A DNA stretch of 63,323 nt, the filler included, from Octopus bimaculoides (Eukaryota): NCBI RefSeq assembly GCF_001194135.2. It is 8 parts of 8 records of this genome, joined end to end, with 100 filler letters (N's around TTAATTAATTAA, not from the genome) between each part and the next. Parts side by side here need not be neighbours in the genome. Positions count along the whole stretch, not along the records: positions 60,664 to 63,323 come from NC_068982.1; 7 more parts are not named here. One strand, 5' to 3'. Under the pieces are notes generated by a model. It made no database searches. It was not told the origin of the DNA and saw nothing but the letters and a program-made list of their open reading frames with translations. Below, in pieces: positions 63,152-63,323 of this stretch. Numbering within the stretch: the stretch's first letter is position 1; every line of letters starts with the position of its first letter. The position numbers and the translations under genes are program-made.

Positions 63152-63323
63152 GGCATATGGTGTAGTGGTTAAGAGTGCGGGCTACTAACCCCAAGATTCC
63201 GAGTTCGATTCCAGGCAGTGACCTGAATAATAATAATAATAATAGTAATAATAATAGTAATAATAATAGCAACATCGAAAAATACCTTCGGAATGAGAAC
63301 CCAGGCTGGAGGGTATATTAGCC
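63152..63323 (+). mobile_element. tRNA-headed SINE-like element: A/B boxes, (AAT)n, HHR-type tail (truncated by the window edge)
   Basis: A-box TGGTGTAGTGG 63158-63168, loop CT-ACT-AA, B-box GAGTTCGATTCC 63201-63212. Confidence 0.8.

Noticed and set aside
63152-63225. Functional tRNA gene (anticodon ACT)
   Set aside because: Acceptor and anticodon stems are imperfect and it is fused to (AAT)n and a repeat tail; treated as a SINE head.

Overview
AT-rich, gap-ridden eukaryotic non-coding DNA. The SINE families and microsatellite load point to a cephalopod, most likely Octopus (inference from recalled families, not from a search). I can support no intact host protein-coding gene: nearly all ORF-track entries are microsatellite or N-gap artefacts. 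The window is a mosaic of decayed transposons: Tc1/mariner (DD34D and DD37D-like) copies and MITEs, hAT/Charlie, a Tigger-like MITE, Helentron-like ends, R4/Dong, RTE and Tx1 LINE fragments, three abundant tRNA-derived SINE families, and many Penelope-like element (PLE) fragments. The main signal not explained by ORFs is a set of minimal type-I hammerhead ribozyme (HHR) motifs from several unrelated sequence families, about seven parseable and six degenerate. Most have a tiny self-complementary stem III, and many lie in T-rich tails ending at (TA)n. They include core variants U3-A8 (114-157) and U6 (three copies), and a tRNA-head/(AAT)n/HHR non-autonomous element with a PLE-style inverted duplication at the window end. 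Seven 100-bp N44-TTAATTAATTAA-N44 spacers are artificial scaffold joins. All folding and translation was done by eye; element boundaries are approximate, to within tens of bp.
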